This document shows positions 1 to 8,710 of a stretch of 32,000 bases of DNA, one piece after another. Both the position numbers and the translations under genes were made by a program. Within the stretch, counting starts at the first letter, position 1; every line of letters begins with the position of its first letter. The DNA is taken from assembly GCA_964589485.1 (NCBI GenBank), contig CAZPRK010000002.1, positions 453-32,452 on the forward strand, given 5' to 3'. The notes under the pieces are model-generated. The model made no database searches. It was not told the origin of the DNA and worked only from the letters and a program-made list of their open reading frames with translations. The DNA comes from an uncultured Methanosarcinales archaeon. Lineage in GTDB: Archaea > Nanobdellota > Nanobdellia > Woesearchaeales > CAYSVS01.

Positions 1-12
1 AATTCTATTTTC

Positions 13-1140
13 TTTTTATTGAGGTGATCTTATGAGTTTCAATCAATTTATTCTCAAAGAACAGTATGAAAAAGTTAAAGGTTTAGGTGATAGATTATCG
101 TTAATGAAAAACCAGATAGATTGGGAAGCATTTATCTCCCTTGTAAAAAGTGTTTATTATGATAACAAAAAAACTGGTGGACGACCACATACTGATGAAC
201 TTGTTATTGTTCGGTCAATTATTTTACAAGCTTGGTATGGACTTAGTGATCCAGAATTAGAATTTGCTTGCAACGATAGATTATCATTCAGAAATTTTCT
301 CGGATTTACAGAGAACATCCCTGATTTCTCTACTATTTGGAATGCAAGAGAACGATTAAAAATTGCTGGTGTTGAAAAAAAGATTTGGGTTGAGCTTCAA
401 AGACAATTAGATGAGAAAGGATATAAAATAAAAGAAGGAGTAATTCAAGATGCCTCTTTTATTGAAAGTGACCTTGGTAAGAAAAGATATTACAAAGAAA
501 AAAAAGCAAAAGAGAAAGGAGAAGAAATAGAGTACAACGAAAAGCAAAAGAAACACATCGATAAAGATGCAACATTTTCAGTTAAAAATAACCAAGTTCA
601 TTTTGGATATAAATCACACATTAAAGTTGACAGGGATTTTAATCTTATTAGAGAACAGGTTACAACTACTGCTTCTCTTTTCGATGGTGAGATCGATTTA
701 GGCAAAGGAGAAGAAGTCATTTACAGAGAAAGAGCATACACCGGCAAGGATACCAAAGCAAAGGGGAATACAAGTATGAAGCGTGGCAATTTAACACTAA
801 AAGAAAAATATAGGAATCAAAGAATAAGTAAGAAAAGAGTTCCAGGAGAAAGACCATTTGCTGTTATTAAGAATGTATTCAATGGAACGAGACAAGAGTT
901 AAAAATATTCTTAGAGTAGATATTAAAGAAATGTTCAAATGTTTTGCGTTTAATCTTTATCAGCTAGTTACTTTGGAAAGAAAGAAACTAGCGAGAGCTA
1001 CGTAAAAATAAGAAAAAAACAGAGAAAGTGAAGAAAAATGGAAGAGAGAAAAAATAACAAAATACAGATATTGACATAAATCACAAAAGTAAACCTGATT
1101 TTGAATTTTAAACGGGGTTAATCAAAGTCCTCAATAAAAA
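13..1140 (+). mobile_element. IS5-family insertion sequence (about 1.13 kb) with a disrupted transposase
   Basis: TTTTTATTGAGG at 13-24 and its exact reverse complement CCTCAATAAAAA at 1129-1140 bracket both transposase reading frames. The size fits IS5-type elements. Only 12 bp match, and a target-site duplication cannot be resolved in the T-rich flanks. Confidence 0.55.
32..1005 (+). pseudogene. IS5-family DDE transposase, split by a frameshift near 885-900
   Basis: It has an InsH/DUF772-type N-terminus (GGRPHTDELVIVRSIILQAWYGLSDPELEFACNDRLSFRNFLGF..PDFSTIWNARERL) and a DDE-type DASFIESD block. The frame stops at TAG 917-919. The typical IS5 C-terminus (RVKNILRVDIKEMFKCFAFNLYQLVTLERKKLARAT, stop 1003-1005) continues in the -1 frame from about 895. 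Confidence 0.85.
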
Positions 1141-1287
1141 TTTTTTCTAAATGACGTAATAATAATTAATACTTAATTAAAATAACAAAAAAATAATGGA
1201 TTCAAAACATTTAAATATAAGTATGACAATTACACAACTAGTTTCGTAATGGATTTTACGTTAAAAAACAAAAAAGGAGGTATTTTT

Positions 1288-2247
1288 ATGAGAAAAATAT
1301 TAGTAATATTGAGTTTATTTATATTATCTGCAGCAAGTGTTTTTGCGGGTAGTACAACAAATGAGACAGTGGGTACAACAATGAATGTTTCAGGAACAGC
1401 ACCAGTTATTTCTACAGTGGCAATGTACTTAAAAACTGATGCTGCAACAACAAATAATTTTGTTCTAACTGAAGGTTCAACTACAACTTTAAATTGTTCA
1501 GGAGCATTCTACGATTTAAACACAGATACAGTAATAATAACAGCAAGGTTTTATGATTTAAAGAATGTTACAAGTGTAGCAAGTGATCATAATAGAACGC
1601 ATTATACAAATGGAGCATGTACTGAATATCAAACAGCTGGAAGTAATAATGGAACTTATCATTGTGAGTTTCCAATAACTTTTAATGCTAACGGTGATAC
1701 AGTAAATGGAAATTGGGCATGTAATGTTACAGCAAGCGATGGAACATTAGAAAGTTATGCAAATAGCTCTGGTACATCAATTGACGATTTAGTTGCTATG
1801 GATTTAGAAGATGGAAGTATTGATTTCGGAAGTATGTCATTGAATACTTATGCACCAAATGATGTTGCATCTCAAAACCATACAGTATATAACTGGGGAA
1901 ATGTTTTGTTAGATTTCTTATGGGCGTCTTACAATAATTCTTTAGGTGATGGAATGAGTATGGAGTGTACAACAGGAAATCTTTCAGTTGGTCATTTAGT
2001 TGTTAATAAAGCTACTCTTGCAAATTTTGCTGCTGGAACAAGAATTTCAAATAGCGCTTTGACTGAACACGTTGAAATAGATTTACCAGTAGTATCTGAT
2101 AACGGACCTGCAACAGTAATTAAGAACAATGCAAACGCAACTTTAATTTACGGTATCTTTGCAAATCAAACTTCAAGTGATGCAGTAACTGCACCAGCAG
2201 GAAACTGTACAGGAAAGATACAAGTAGATACAAAAGCAAACGACTAG
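1288..2247 (+). CDS. Secreted, sequon-rich surface protein of unknown family
   Basis: AAGGAGGT lies 6-7 nt upstream of the ATG at 1288. The ORF-track start at 1249 lacks an RBS. There is a Sec-type signal peptide (MRKILVILSLFILSAASVFA), many N-x-S/T sequons and paired Cys residues. I recognise no domain. Confidence 0.7.
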   Translation: MRKILVILSLFILSAASVFAGSTTNETVGTTMNVSGTAPVISTVAMYLKTDAATTNNFVLTEGSTTTLNCSGAFYDLNTDTVIITARFYDLKNVTSVASDHNRTHYTNGACTEYQTAGSNNGTYHCEFPITFNANGDTVNGNWACNVTASDGTLESYANSSGTSIDDLVAMDLEDGSIDFGSMSLNTYAPNDVASQNHTVYNWGNVLLDFLWASYNNSLGDGMSMECTTGNLSVGHLVVNKATLANFAAGTRISNSALTEHVEIDLPVVSDNGPATVIKNNANATLIYGIFANQTSSDAVTAPAGNCTGKIQVDTKAND

Positions 2248-2424
2248 AATAGTTGTTTTTTTTTATTTTTTATTTTAATTTTTAAATTGATTTTAGAAAA
2301 TAACTATTAAGAACTAACTTTAATCTTTTAAATTAATTTATTTCTATTCAAAGTAATTTTTAGAATTATGATATATTAATTGAATGCGGTTTTTATTACT
2401 TTTTTAAAAAGTTATTCTCAACAA

Positions 2425-2545
2425 CTTGTGACCATTACCTGTCAATTCACTCAAAAATGCAACCATTTTTGGTGCACAGAAACCTAAATGGTTTCTCGTG
2501 AATTGGTGGCATACTCGCGACTACGTGGTTCGGATCACTCTTTCT
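2425..2545. ncRNA. Candidate structured small RNA (GC-rich island with nested hairpins); class and strand unresolved
   Basis: This stretch is markedly more GC-rich than its AT-rich, non-coding surroundings, as is the 5S gene. It has nested stems: CAATTCAC 2443-2450 pairs with GTGAATTG 2498-2505, and AACCATTT 2461-2468 pairs with AAATGGTT 2486-2493. TATA-like boxes and T-runs are present on both strands. No ATG-initiated ORF is present. Confidence 0.3.
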
Positions 2546-2708
2546 TGAACACTTTTTATATTCATTTGTTTAACTCATCCACTGGTCAACACACGAAAAA
2601 ATCTATGATTTTTTGTGTCTTAAAAATATTATATTTTTAAGAGACTAGTGGTATTAAAAGTATAAAAAATACAGAATAATTATAAACTTTAGAATTTAGG
2701 TTTTATTT

Positions 2709-3134
2709 ATGTTATGGTATACTCATATTACATTTGCTTTATTATTGGCTGAGTTTTTTAATTTTAATATATTTGAGTATGTAATTTTAATACTTGCTTC
2801 ATTATTGCCAGATGTAGATCACCCTGATAGTAAATTAGGGTATAGAATTAAACCAATAAGTAATTTAATTAAAATAATTTTTGGTCATAGGGGAATAATG
2901 CATAGCTTTTGGGCCTTGTTTGTTTTTACATATATTTTTTATTTATTCTCTAGCTATTCAATCCCTTTCTTTATAGGTTACTTTTCACATTTATTTATTG
3001 ATGGGTTTACTAAAGCAGGAATAAATTATTTAAATCCTTTATTAAATATAAGATTACAAGGGTTTATTAAAGTTGGAGGATTTTATGAATATATTTTGTT
3101 TATAATTTTGGTGGTATTAATTTGGATGATATGA
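2709..3134 (+). CDS. YdjM/DUF457-family membrane-bound metal-dependent hydrolase
   Basis: It is a multi-TM protein with the family motifs LLPDVDHPDSKLG, GHRGIMHS and SHLFIDGFTKAGI. Confidence 0.8.
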   Translation: MLWYTHITFALLLAEFFNFNIFEYVILILASLLPDVDHPDSKLGYRIKPISNLIKIIFGHRGIMHSFWALFVFTYIFYLFSSYSIPFFIGYFSHLFIDGFTKAGINYLNPLLNIRLQGFIKVGGFYEYILFIILVVLIWMI

Positions 3135-3664
3135 TATATGCAGGAACAAGAAAAGAATGGAGACAGTGGCTTAGGCTAAATCATAAAAAAGAAAATAAAG
3201 TTTATTTGATTAAATATAAAAAACATACTGGAAAGCCAAGCTTAAACAATAAAGAAGCAATGGAAGAAGCTATTTGTTTTGGGTGGATTGATACAACAAT
3301 AAAAAGACTTGATGATGAAAGGTATCAACAATGTTTTGCTAAAAGAACTGATAAAAGTAGGTGGAGTAATAATACTTTAAGATGTGCTCAAAACATGATT
3401 AAGAAAAATAAAATGAGTAAATTTGGAATGGAAATGTATCTTAAAGGAAAAGAAAAACCAACAATAGATCATAATTTCCCGAGAGATCCAGAAATTCCTA
3501 TCGAATTGAAAAAAGAATTGGTTAAAAATAAATTATTAGATGAATTTAATTTATTATCACCTTCTATGAAAAGATTGCATATATATGCGTTATTGAGAGC
3601 TAAAAGAGAAGAAACTAAGAAGAAAAGGATAAATGAAATTATAGAAACTTTTTTTAAAGTTTAA
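3122..3664 (+). CDS. YdeI/OmpD-associated family protein
   Basis: It shows the motif pattern EWRQWLRLNH..VYLIKYKK..GKPSL..KEAMEEAICFGWIDTT..RLDDERYQQCFAKRTDKSRWS, typical of the YdeI family. The start is uncertain (ATG 3122 or 3131). Confidence 0.75.
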   Translation: MDDMIYAGTRKEWRQWLRLNHKKENKVYLIKYKKHTGKPSLNNKEAMEEAICFGWIDTTIKRLDDERYQQCFAKRTDKSRWSNNTLRCAQNMIKKNKMSKFGMEMYLKGKEKPTIDHNFPRDPEIPIELKKELVKNKLLDEFNLLSPSMKRLHIYALLRAKREETKKKRINEIIETFFKV

Positions 3665-3706
3665 AAATTTCTATTGTTGGTTTATTTGTTAAGGGATGAT
3701 ATTTCC

Positions 3707-3756
3707 CACTGGACATTTTATTATAGACGACAAATAGCCACTGGACACACTGGACA
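3707..3756 (+). promoter_or_regulatory. Three copies of CACTGGACA upstream of the TATA box of the PC4-like/radA operon
   Basis: CACTGGACA occurs at 3707-3715, 3739-3747 and 3748-3756; the last two are directly tandem. A GC-rich GGTGCGCGTGAGC follows, then TATATAAA at 3770-3777. The 3853 gene has an AAGGAGGTG RBS. Confidence 0.5.
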
Positions 3757-3852
3757 GGTGCGCGTGAGCTATATAAATGATTCTTGGTTTATACATATTA
3801 CTCCCTAGAGAAATCTTGTGAAACAAAATGCGAAAGCAAGGAGGTGTTTGTA

Positions 3853-4113
3853 ATGGAGAAAATAAATAGACCTGAAAAAAAAATTAGAGCAGGAGCAATT
3901 CATGTTACTATTTGGAACAATGAATTTGAAAAAAATGGAGAACTTTCTGAATTCAAAACTATAAGTTTTGATAGAAATTATAAAGATAAAAATGGTGATT
4001 GGAAGTCAACTAATTTGTTACGAATTAACGATATTCCAAAAGCTGTTGCAGCATTGAATAAAGCTTATGAAACTTTAATTCTTAAAGATAATGCTAATGA
4101 AATAATTGCGTGA
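3853..4113 (+). CDS. Small PC4/YdbC-like putative ssDNA-binding protein (tentative)
   Basis: The ATG at 3853 is preceded by AAGGAGGTG; the ORF-track start at 3784 is a TTG extension. The pattern HVTIWNN..FKTISFDRNYKDKNGDWKSTNLLRINDIPKAVAALNKAYETL resembles the four-strand-plus-helix PC4 layout (REYW.D..GE.K....GISL). This assignment is by eye only. Confidence 0.4.
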   Translation: MEKINRPEKKIRAGAIHVTIWNNEFEKNGELSEFKTISFDRNYKDKNGDWKSTNLLRINDIPKAVAALNKAYETLILKDNANEIIA

Positions 4114-4124
4114 GGTGTAATAAA

Positions 4125-5183
4125 ATGAGTGAAGCAGAAGAATATGTAGTTGAAGAACCTAAAAATTTAAATAATGATTTGGAAGATATTGAATCAATGG
4201 AAGAAGAGAATAATGTTAGTGAATCAATTGAAGAAGAACAAGAAACTGAAGAAGTTGTTACTTTATCTGATTTATCTGGAGTAGGACCGGCAACAATTGA
4301 AAAATTAAATTCAGTTGGATATGGAGATTTAATGTCTGTTGCAGTTGCAACTCCTGGAGAATTAATAGATGCAACTGGAATGAGTCAAGCTGCAGCAAAA
4401 AAGTTAATTGCTCAAGCTAGATCTAATTTAAACATGGGTTTTATGTCTGGAGAAGATGTACTTAAGAAAAGATCTAAAGTAGTTAAAATAAGTACTGGGT
4501 CGGATAATTTTAATGAACTTTTGTCAGGTGGATTTGAAACTGGAGCAATCACTGAATGTTTTGGTGAATTTGGATCTGGGAAAACTCAAGTAGGTCATAT
4601 TTTATCAGTGAATATACAAAAACAAGATCCTGAAGCTGTTGCTGTATACATTGATACTGAAAATACTTTCAGGCCTGAAAGAATAAAACAATTAGCTGAA
4701 GGCATAGGGTTAGATTCTGAACAAGCTTTAAAAAATATAATGGTTGCTAGGGCTTATAATTCTGATCATCAAATGTTGTTAGCTGAAAAAATAGATGATT
4801 TGGTTAAAAAAGATGGTAAAAAAGTTAAGTTAGTCATAGTTGATTCATTAACTGCACATTTTAGAGCTGAATTTGTCGGAAGAGGAACTTTAGCTGAAAG
4901 GCAACAAAAATTGAATAAACATATGCATAATTTGTTAAAAGTAGCAGATGCACATAATATTTGTGTTTATGTGACAAATCAAGTTATGTCTAAACCAGAT
5001 CAATTTTTTGGAGATCCTACTGCAGCAATAGGTGGGCATGTTGTTGGGCATGCAAGTACTTTTAGAATTTATTTACGGAAAGGAAAAAAAGGTTGCAGGG
5101 TTGCTAAATTGATAGATTCTCCTAATTTAGCTGAAGGTGAAGCTAGTTTTATGGTTACTCAAGAAGGTTTGGATGATGTTTAA
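4125..5183 (+). CDS. radA: DNA repair and recombination protein RadA (Rad51/RecA superfamily)
   Basis: It has an HhH N-domain (LSDLSGVGPATIEKLNSVGYGDLMSVAVATPGEL), a Walker A motif (GEFGSGKTQ), a Walker B motif (LVIVDSL) and NQV...GGHVVGHAS. GAGGTG at 4112-4117 precedes the ATG at 4125. An acidic N-terminal extension of about 45 aa is present. Confidence 0.95.
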   Translation: MSEAEEYVVEEPKNLNNDLEDIESMEEENNVSESIEEEQETEEVVTLSDLSGVGPATIEKLNSVGYGDLMSVAVATPGELIDATGMSQAAAKKLIAQARSNLNMGFMSGEDVLKKRSKVVKISTGSDNFNELLSGGFETGAITECFGEFGSGKTQVGHILSVNIQKQDPEAVAVYIDTENTFRPERIKQLAEGIGLDSEQALKNIMVARAYNSDHQMLLAEKIDDLVKKDGKKVKLVIVDSLTAHFRAEFVGRGTLAERQQKLNKHMHNLLKVADAHNICVYVTNQVMSKPDQFFGDPTAAIGGHVVGHASTFRIYLRKGKKGCRVAKLIDSPNLAEGEASFMVTQEGLDDV

Positions 5184-5255
5184 TTATTCATCCTAAAATA
5201 GTAATTTTGTTCTTAATAGAAATGTTTATAAATTATATAATATAAAATTAATACT

Positions 5256-6203
5256 ATGAGTGTGTTACTAAAGGTTGACAACCTTACAAAAGCTTTCGGT
5301 AATAAAGTTGTTCTTGATAAAATTAGTTTTGACATAAATTCTGGAGAAATTTTTGGAATTATTGGATTATCTGGAAGTGGAAAAACTACTTTATTGAATA
5401 ATTTAGTTGGTTATTATATGCCGGAAGAAGGGGATGTGTTGTTAAGAACTCAAAATGATAACTTTTGTTCTTTAATACAAAGACATGATGAAATTAAACA
5501 TTTTATTGGAATGGCTCCCCAATCTAATTCTTTTTATCCTAAATTAAATGTGAAAGAAAATTTAGATCATTTTGCAACTTTACATGGAATGCCTACAGAT
5601 GCTAGGAAACATAATATTGATTATTTGTTAAAATTAGTTGGTTTAAATAAAGATTTTAAAACATTAGGGAAGGATTTATCTGGAGGGATGCAAAAACGAT
5701 TAGGTATAGCTTGTGCTTTAATTCATAGACCAAAAATTTTATTTTTGGATGAACCAACAGCTGACCTTGACCCTGTTACTAGAAAACAAATTTGGAGATT
5801 AATTAAAGAAGTAAATGATATTGGAACAACAATAATTATGGCTTCACATATGTTGGAAGAATTAGAAGCTTTATGTTCACGGATAGCAGTTTTATCTCAT
5901 AAGAAAGTTCAACAAATTGGAACTATTGCTGAATTGAAAGAAGATTTTTCAGATAAACAAGAAATTGTTTTTGAGTCTTCTCCTGGAAGGTATGAACAAA
6001 TTTTACATACAATGCAAAATTATAGTCTTCCTATTGAATCTTTATCTGATGAAGGGCATCAAGCTAGTATACAAACTGCTGAATCTGAGCAAGTTTTAAA
6101 TACTTTATTAAAAGTTTTAAAGGATAATAATGAAACTCTATTAGACGTGAGGGTCAATAAAGCTTCATTGGGTCAAGTGTTTGAGAATTTAACAAAGGGG
6201 TGA
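5256..6203 (+). CDS. ABC transporter ATP-binding protein
   Basis: It has a Walker A motif (GLSGSGKTT), an ABC signature (LSGGMQKRLG) and a Walker B motif (ILFLDEPTADLD). A TATA-like TTTATAAATT lies about 30 nt upstream. Confidence 0.9.
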   Translation: MSVLLKVDNLTKAFGNKVVLDKISFDINSGEIFGIIGLSGSGKTTLLNNLVGYYMPEEGDVLLRTQNDNFCSLIQRHDEIKHFIGMAPQSNSFYPKLNVKENLDHFATLHGMPTDARKHNIDYLLKLVGLNKDFKTLGKDLSGGMQKRLGIACALIHRPKILFLDEPTADLDPVTRKQIWRLIKEVNDIGTTIIMASHMLEELEALCSRIAVLSHKKVQQIGTIAELKEDFSDKQEIVFESSPGRYEQILHTMQNYSLPIESLSDEGHQASIQTAESEQVLNTLLKVLKDNNETLLDVRVNKASLGQVFENLTKG

Positions 6204-6207
6204 AAAT

Positions 6208-7965
6208 TTGAATAAGTTGTTTAAGCTTGTAGCTAAAGACTTTAAAATGTTATTTAGGTCAAAGGCAAGCTCTTTGGTAATTTTATTTGTACCTCTTTTA
6301 ATTATATTTTTAATGGGTATTGCGTTTGATCATAGTGATACTTATGCAATAAAGATAGGTGTGTTTTCTTCAGAATACAATGATGATGTTAATTCTTTAA
6401 TAAGTAAATTACAAACTAATGAATTTAGTGTATACAAAAAAGATACCGAGGAAGAATGTTTACAGGAAATGAAAGATGGAGGCATAAACACTTGTATAAT
6501 TTTTAGTGAAAATTTTAATTTACAAAGTAATAATGCACAAAGTGAAGTCACTTATTATGTTGATTATTCAAAAATTAATTTAGTTTATATGATAAGTGAT
6601 ACTCTTTCAGATACAATAAATGTAAGAAATGATGAAGTAAGTAAAAGTTTAACTTCAAATATTTTGGATAAGTTAGAAAATACTCGAAATGCAGTTTCTA
6701 ATCAAATTATAGTTTCAGATGAAATTAAAACTACATTGGGAGAAGATGAAGCTAAATTAGTTTCAATGAAAGAAAAAATTTCTGCTTTAGATTCTTCTTT
6801 TGATACTGGAAAAGTACAAACTGGAGTTGTTGAAGCGAAAGCAGTTAGCATTCAATCTCAACAACAAGAATTATTAGATTTTATTATAGTTGAAGTTAAT
6901 GCAAGTAAAAAAGATATACAAGATGCAAAAGATGACATACAAGGATCAAACTCTTCAAGTGGGGCAAATTCTGAGTTAAATGCAATAGATACTTCTTTAG
7001 GTTTAATTTTAGATAAAGCTAAATCTATAGCTTCAAATTTGAATTCAAGTTCTAATGAAATTATTTCTTTAATTAAAGAAGCTAATGTTGAATTGAGTAG
7101 TGTGAAGTCTAGATTTGAAAAAATTACTTCAACAAATAATGAAGTTGCTACAGAATTAGATTCTTTAGTTGATTCAAAAAAAGTTTTAATTGAAAAAATA
7201 TCTTCAATAATTCAAGTTTTAGAATCAAAGGAACAAGAATTGTCTACATTAACTGTGAGCAACGCAGATAAAATAGCTACCCCTGTAAAAACTCACATTA
7301 AACCAATATCAACAAAATCAAAACAATTAAATTTTATTTTTCCTTTAGTTATTGTATTAATTATAATGTTTGTAAGTATATTGTTAGCTTCAACTTTAAC
7401 TTTAATGGAAAAAAATTCACCTGCTGAGTTTAGAAATTTTATTTCACCTGTACATAAATTATTACATTTATTTGCTGTATTTTTAACTACATTGATAGTT
7501 ATTTGTTTTCAATTAATTGTAATCTTGGGAATAGGGAATTATTTTTTTGAAATAGATATAATAAATAATTTTGGAAGTTTATGTTTAGTAATAACTTTAA
7601 TTTCTTCTATTTTTATTTTATTTGGGTTACTTGTTGGAATGTTATTTAATTCAGAAGAAACTGGAGCATTAGGAGCAGTTAGTTTAAGTACATTATTTTT
7701 ATTTTTTTCAGATTTAATAACTCCTTTAGAAAGTATGAGTAAACATATTTTTAATGTTGCTCAATATAATCCTTTTGTTATTTCTACGAATTTAGTTAAA
7801 AAGGTATTACTTTTTGGAACTGAATTAAGTTTATTAAAATATGATTTACTTATTTTATTATCTTACTTAATAGTTTTATTTATAATTATATATTTTTTTA
7901 ATTCTACTTATTTTAGACATTTATATCATAGAATAAAGTCAAATAAATTTAGGAAAAGCAGATGA
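6208..7965 (+). CDS. ABC-2 type permease with a large extracytoplasmic coiled-coil insert (YhgE/Pip-like architecture)
   Basis: It has an N-terminal TM helix, a polar and coil-prone region of about 330 aa, and five or six C-terminal TM helices. It starts 5 nt after the ATPase gene. The start codon is TTG. Confidence 0.75.
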   Translation: MNKLFKLVAKDFKMLFRSKASSLVILFVPLLIIFLMGIAFDHSDTYAIKIGVFSSEYNDDVNSLISKLQTNEFSVYKKDTEEECLQEMKDGGINTCIIFSENFNLQSNNAQSEVTYYVDYSKINLVYMISDTLSDTINVRNDEVSKSLTSNILDKLENTRNAVSNQIIVSDEIKTTLGEDEAKLVSMKEKISALDSSFDTGKVQTGVVEAKAVSIQSQQQELLDFIIVEVNASKKDIQDAKDDIQGSNSSSGANSELNAIDTSLGLILDKAKSIASNLNSSSNEIISLIKEANVELSSVKSRFEKITSTNNEVATELDSLVDSKKVLIEKISSIIQVLESKEQELSTLTVSNADKIATPVKTHIKPISTKSKQLNFIFPLVIVLIIMFVSILLASTLTLMEKNSPAEFRNFISPVHKLLHLFAVFLTTLIVICFQLIVILGIGNYFFEIDIINNFGSLCLVITLISSIFILFGLLVGMLFNSEETGALGAVSLSTLFLFFSDLITPLESMSKHIFNVAQYNPFVISTNLVKKVLLFGTELSLLKYDLLILLSYLIVLFIIIYFFNSTYFRHLYHRIKSNKFRKSR

Positions 7966-8402
7966 AAGTAATAATAGTTACTGGTACTCCAGGAGTGGGA
8001 AAAACTATTTTTTCTAAACAATTAGCAAAAGAAAATGAATATTTGTATGCTAATATCACAGATATAGTTAAAAAAAATAAGTTATATGATTCTTTTGATA
8101 AAATTAAAGATTCTTTAATTGTAGATGAAGATAAGTTAGTTGAATTTATGATTAATTTTATTAAAAAAAGTAAAACTAAATTAGTTATAGATGGGCATAT
8201 GTCACATTACATTCCATCTAAATATGTTCAAATTTGTTATGTTTTAAAATGTGATATTAGTATTCTTAATAAACGATTAGCTAAACGAAAATACTCTAAA
8301 AATAAAATTAAAGAAAATATTGAAAGTGAAATTTTTGATATTTGTTTAAATGAAGCAATTGAATTTAAACATAATGTAAAAGTAATAAATTCAACTTATT
8401 GA
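7962..8402 (+). CDS. Adenylate kinase isoenzyme 6 / Fap7-type NTPase
   Basis: It has a P-loop (VTGTPGVGKT), a DGHMSHY motif and a short length (146 aa), typical of archaeal and eukaryotic Fap7. It overlaps the upstream gene by 4 nt. Confidence 0.8.
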   Translation: MKVIIVTGTPGVGKTIFSKQLAKENEYLYANITDIVKKNKLYDSFDKIKDSLIVDEDKLVEFMINFIKKSKTKLVIDGHMSHYIPSKYVQICYVLKCDISILNKRLAKRKYSKNKIKENIESEIFDICLNEAIEFKHNVKVINSTY

Positions 8403-8677
8403 TCTAATTCAAGAGTTTCTCCATCTAACTGGAATCCGCATTCACTACAATCTCTTTCTCGATCTGTAATAACTGAATTACATTCAGGGCATCTAATGAT
8501 GAAATCTACTTTAACTCCCCATTTTTCTAAACTACAATTACATGCGGGACAATCACTTCCTTGCCAAGAATCTCCAATATCTTTCTTACATTTTCCGCAT
8601 TTTCTAGTTATAAAACTTGTACTTTTCATACTTTTAGTTAATTCTATTGTTTTATTTAAATATTCCTCTTTATGCAT
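8396..8677 (-). CDS. Zinc-ribbon protein (multiple CxxC pairs)
   Basis: It has CGKC, CPAC, CPEC and CSEC pairs arranged as two zinc ribbons. It is convergent with Fap7 and overlaps it by 7 nt. Confidence 0.6.
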   Translation of the reverse strand: MHKEEYLNKTIELTKSMKSTSFITRKCGKCKKDIGDSWQGSDCPACNCSLEKWGVKVDFIIRCPECNSVITDRERDCSECGFQLDGETLELDQ

Positions 8678-8710
8678 AATTTTATAAACAACTTCACGAT
8701 TTTAGTAGTT

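Noticed and set aside
2520-2545. T-loop-like GGTTCGGATC suggesting a tRNA or tRNA half
   Set aside because: No matching T-stem, acceptor stem, D-arm or anticodon arm can be drawn on either strand.
2425-2600. SRP RNA or RNase P RNA as the identity of the GC-rich island
   Set aside because: It lacks the helix-8 GGAAG/AGCA-type motif of SRP RNA and the GGAAAGTCC (CR-I) motif of RNase P. It is also far too short for either.
3739-3756. Tandem CACTGGACA copies as a mini CRISPR or satellite repeat
   Set aside because: There are only two adjacent 9-bp units and one distant copy, with no spacers. The position next to a TATA box favours a regulatory site.
3784-3852. ORF-track start (TTG) extending the PC4-like gene by 23 codons
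   Set aside because: The extension lacks an RBS and overlaps the predicted promoter and 5' UTR. The ATG at 3853 has a strong AAGGAGGTG upstream.
6342-6551. 69-aa minus-strand ORF inside the ABC permease gene
   Set aside because: It is antisense to a well-supported CDS, has a Leu/Ser/Phe/Cys-rich composition typical of AT-rich antisense frames, and has no motif or promoter.
8496-8687. 63-aa plus-strand ORF overlapping the zinc-ribbon gene
   Set aside because: The opposite-strand zinc-ribbon ORF has clear CxxC pairs. This frame is low-complexity and hydrophobic with no signals.
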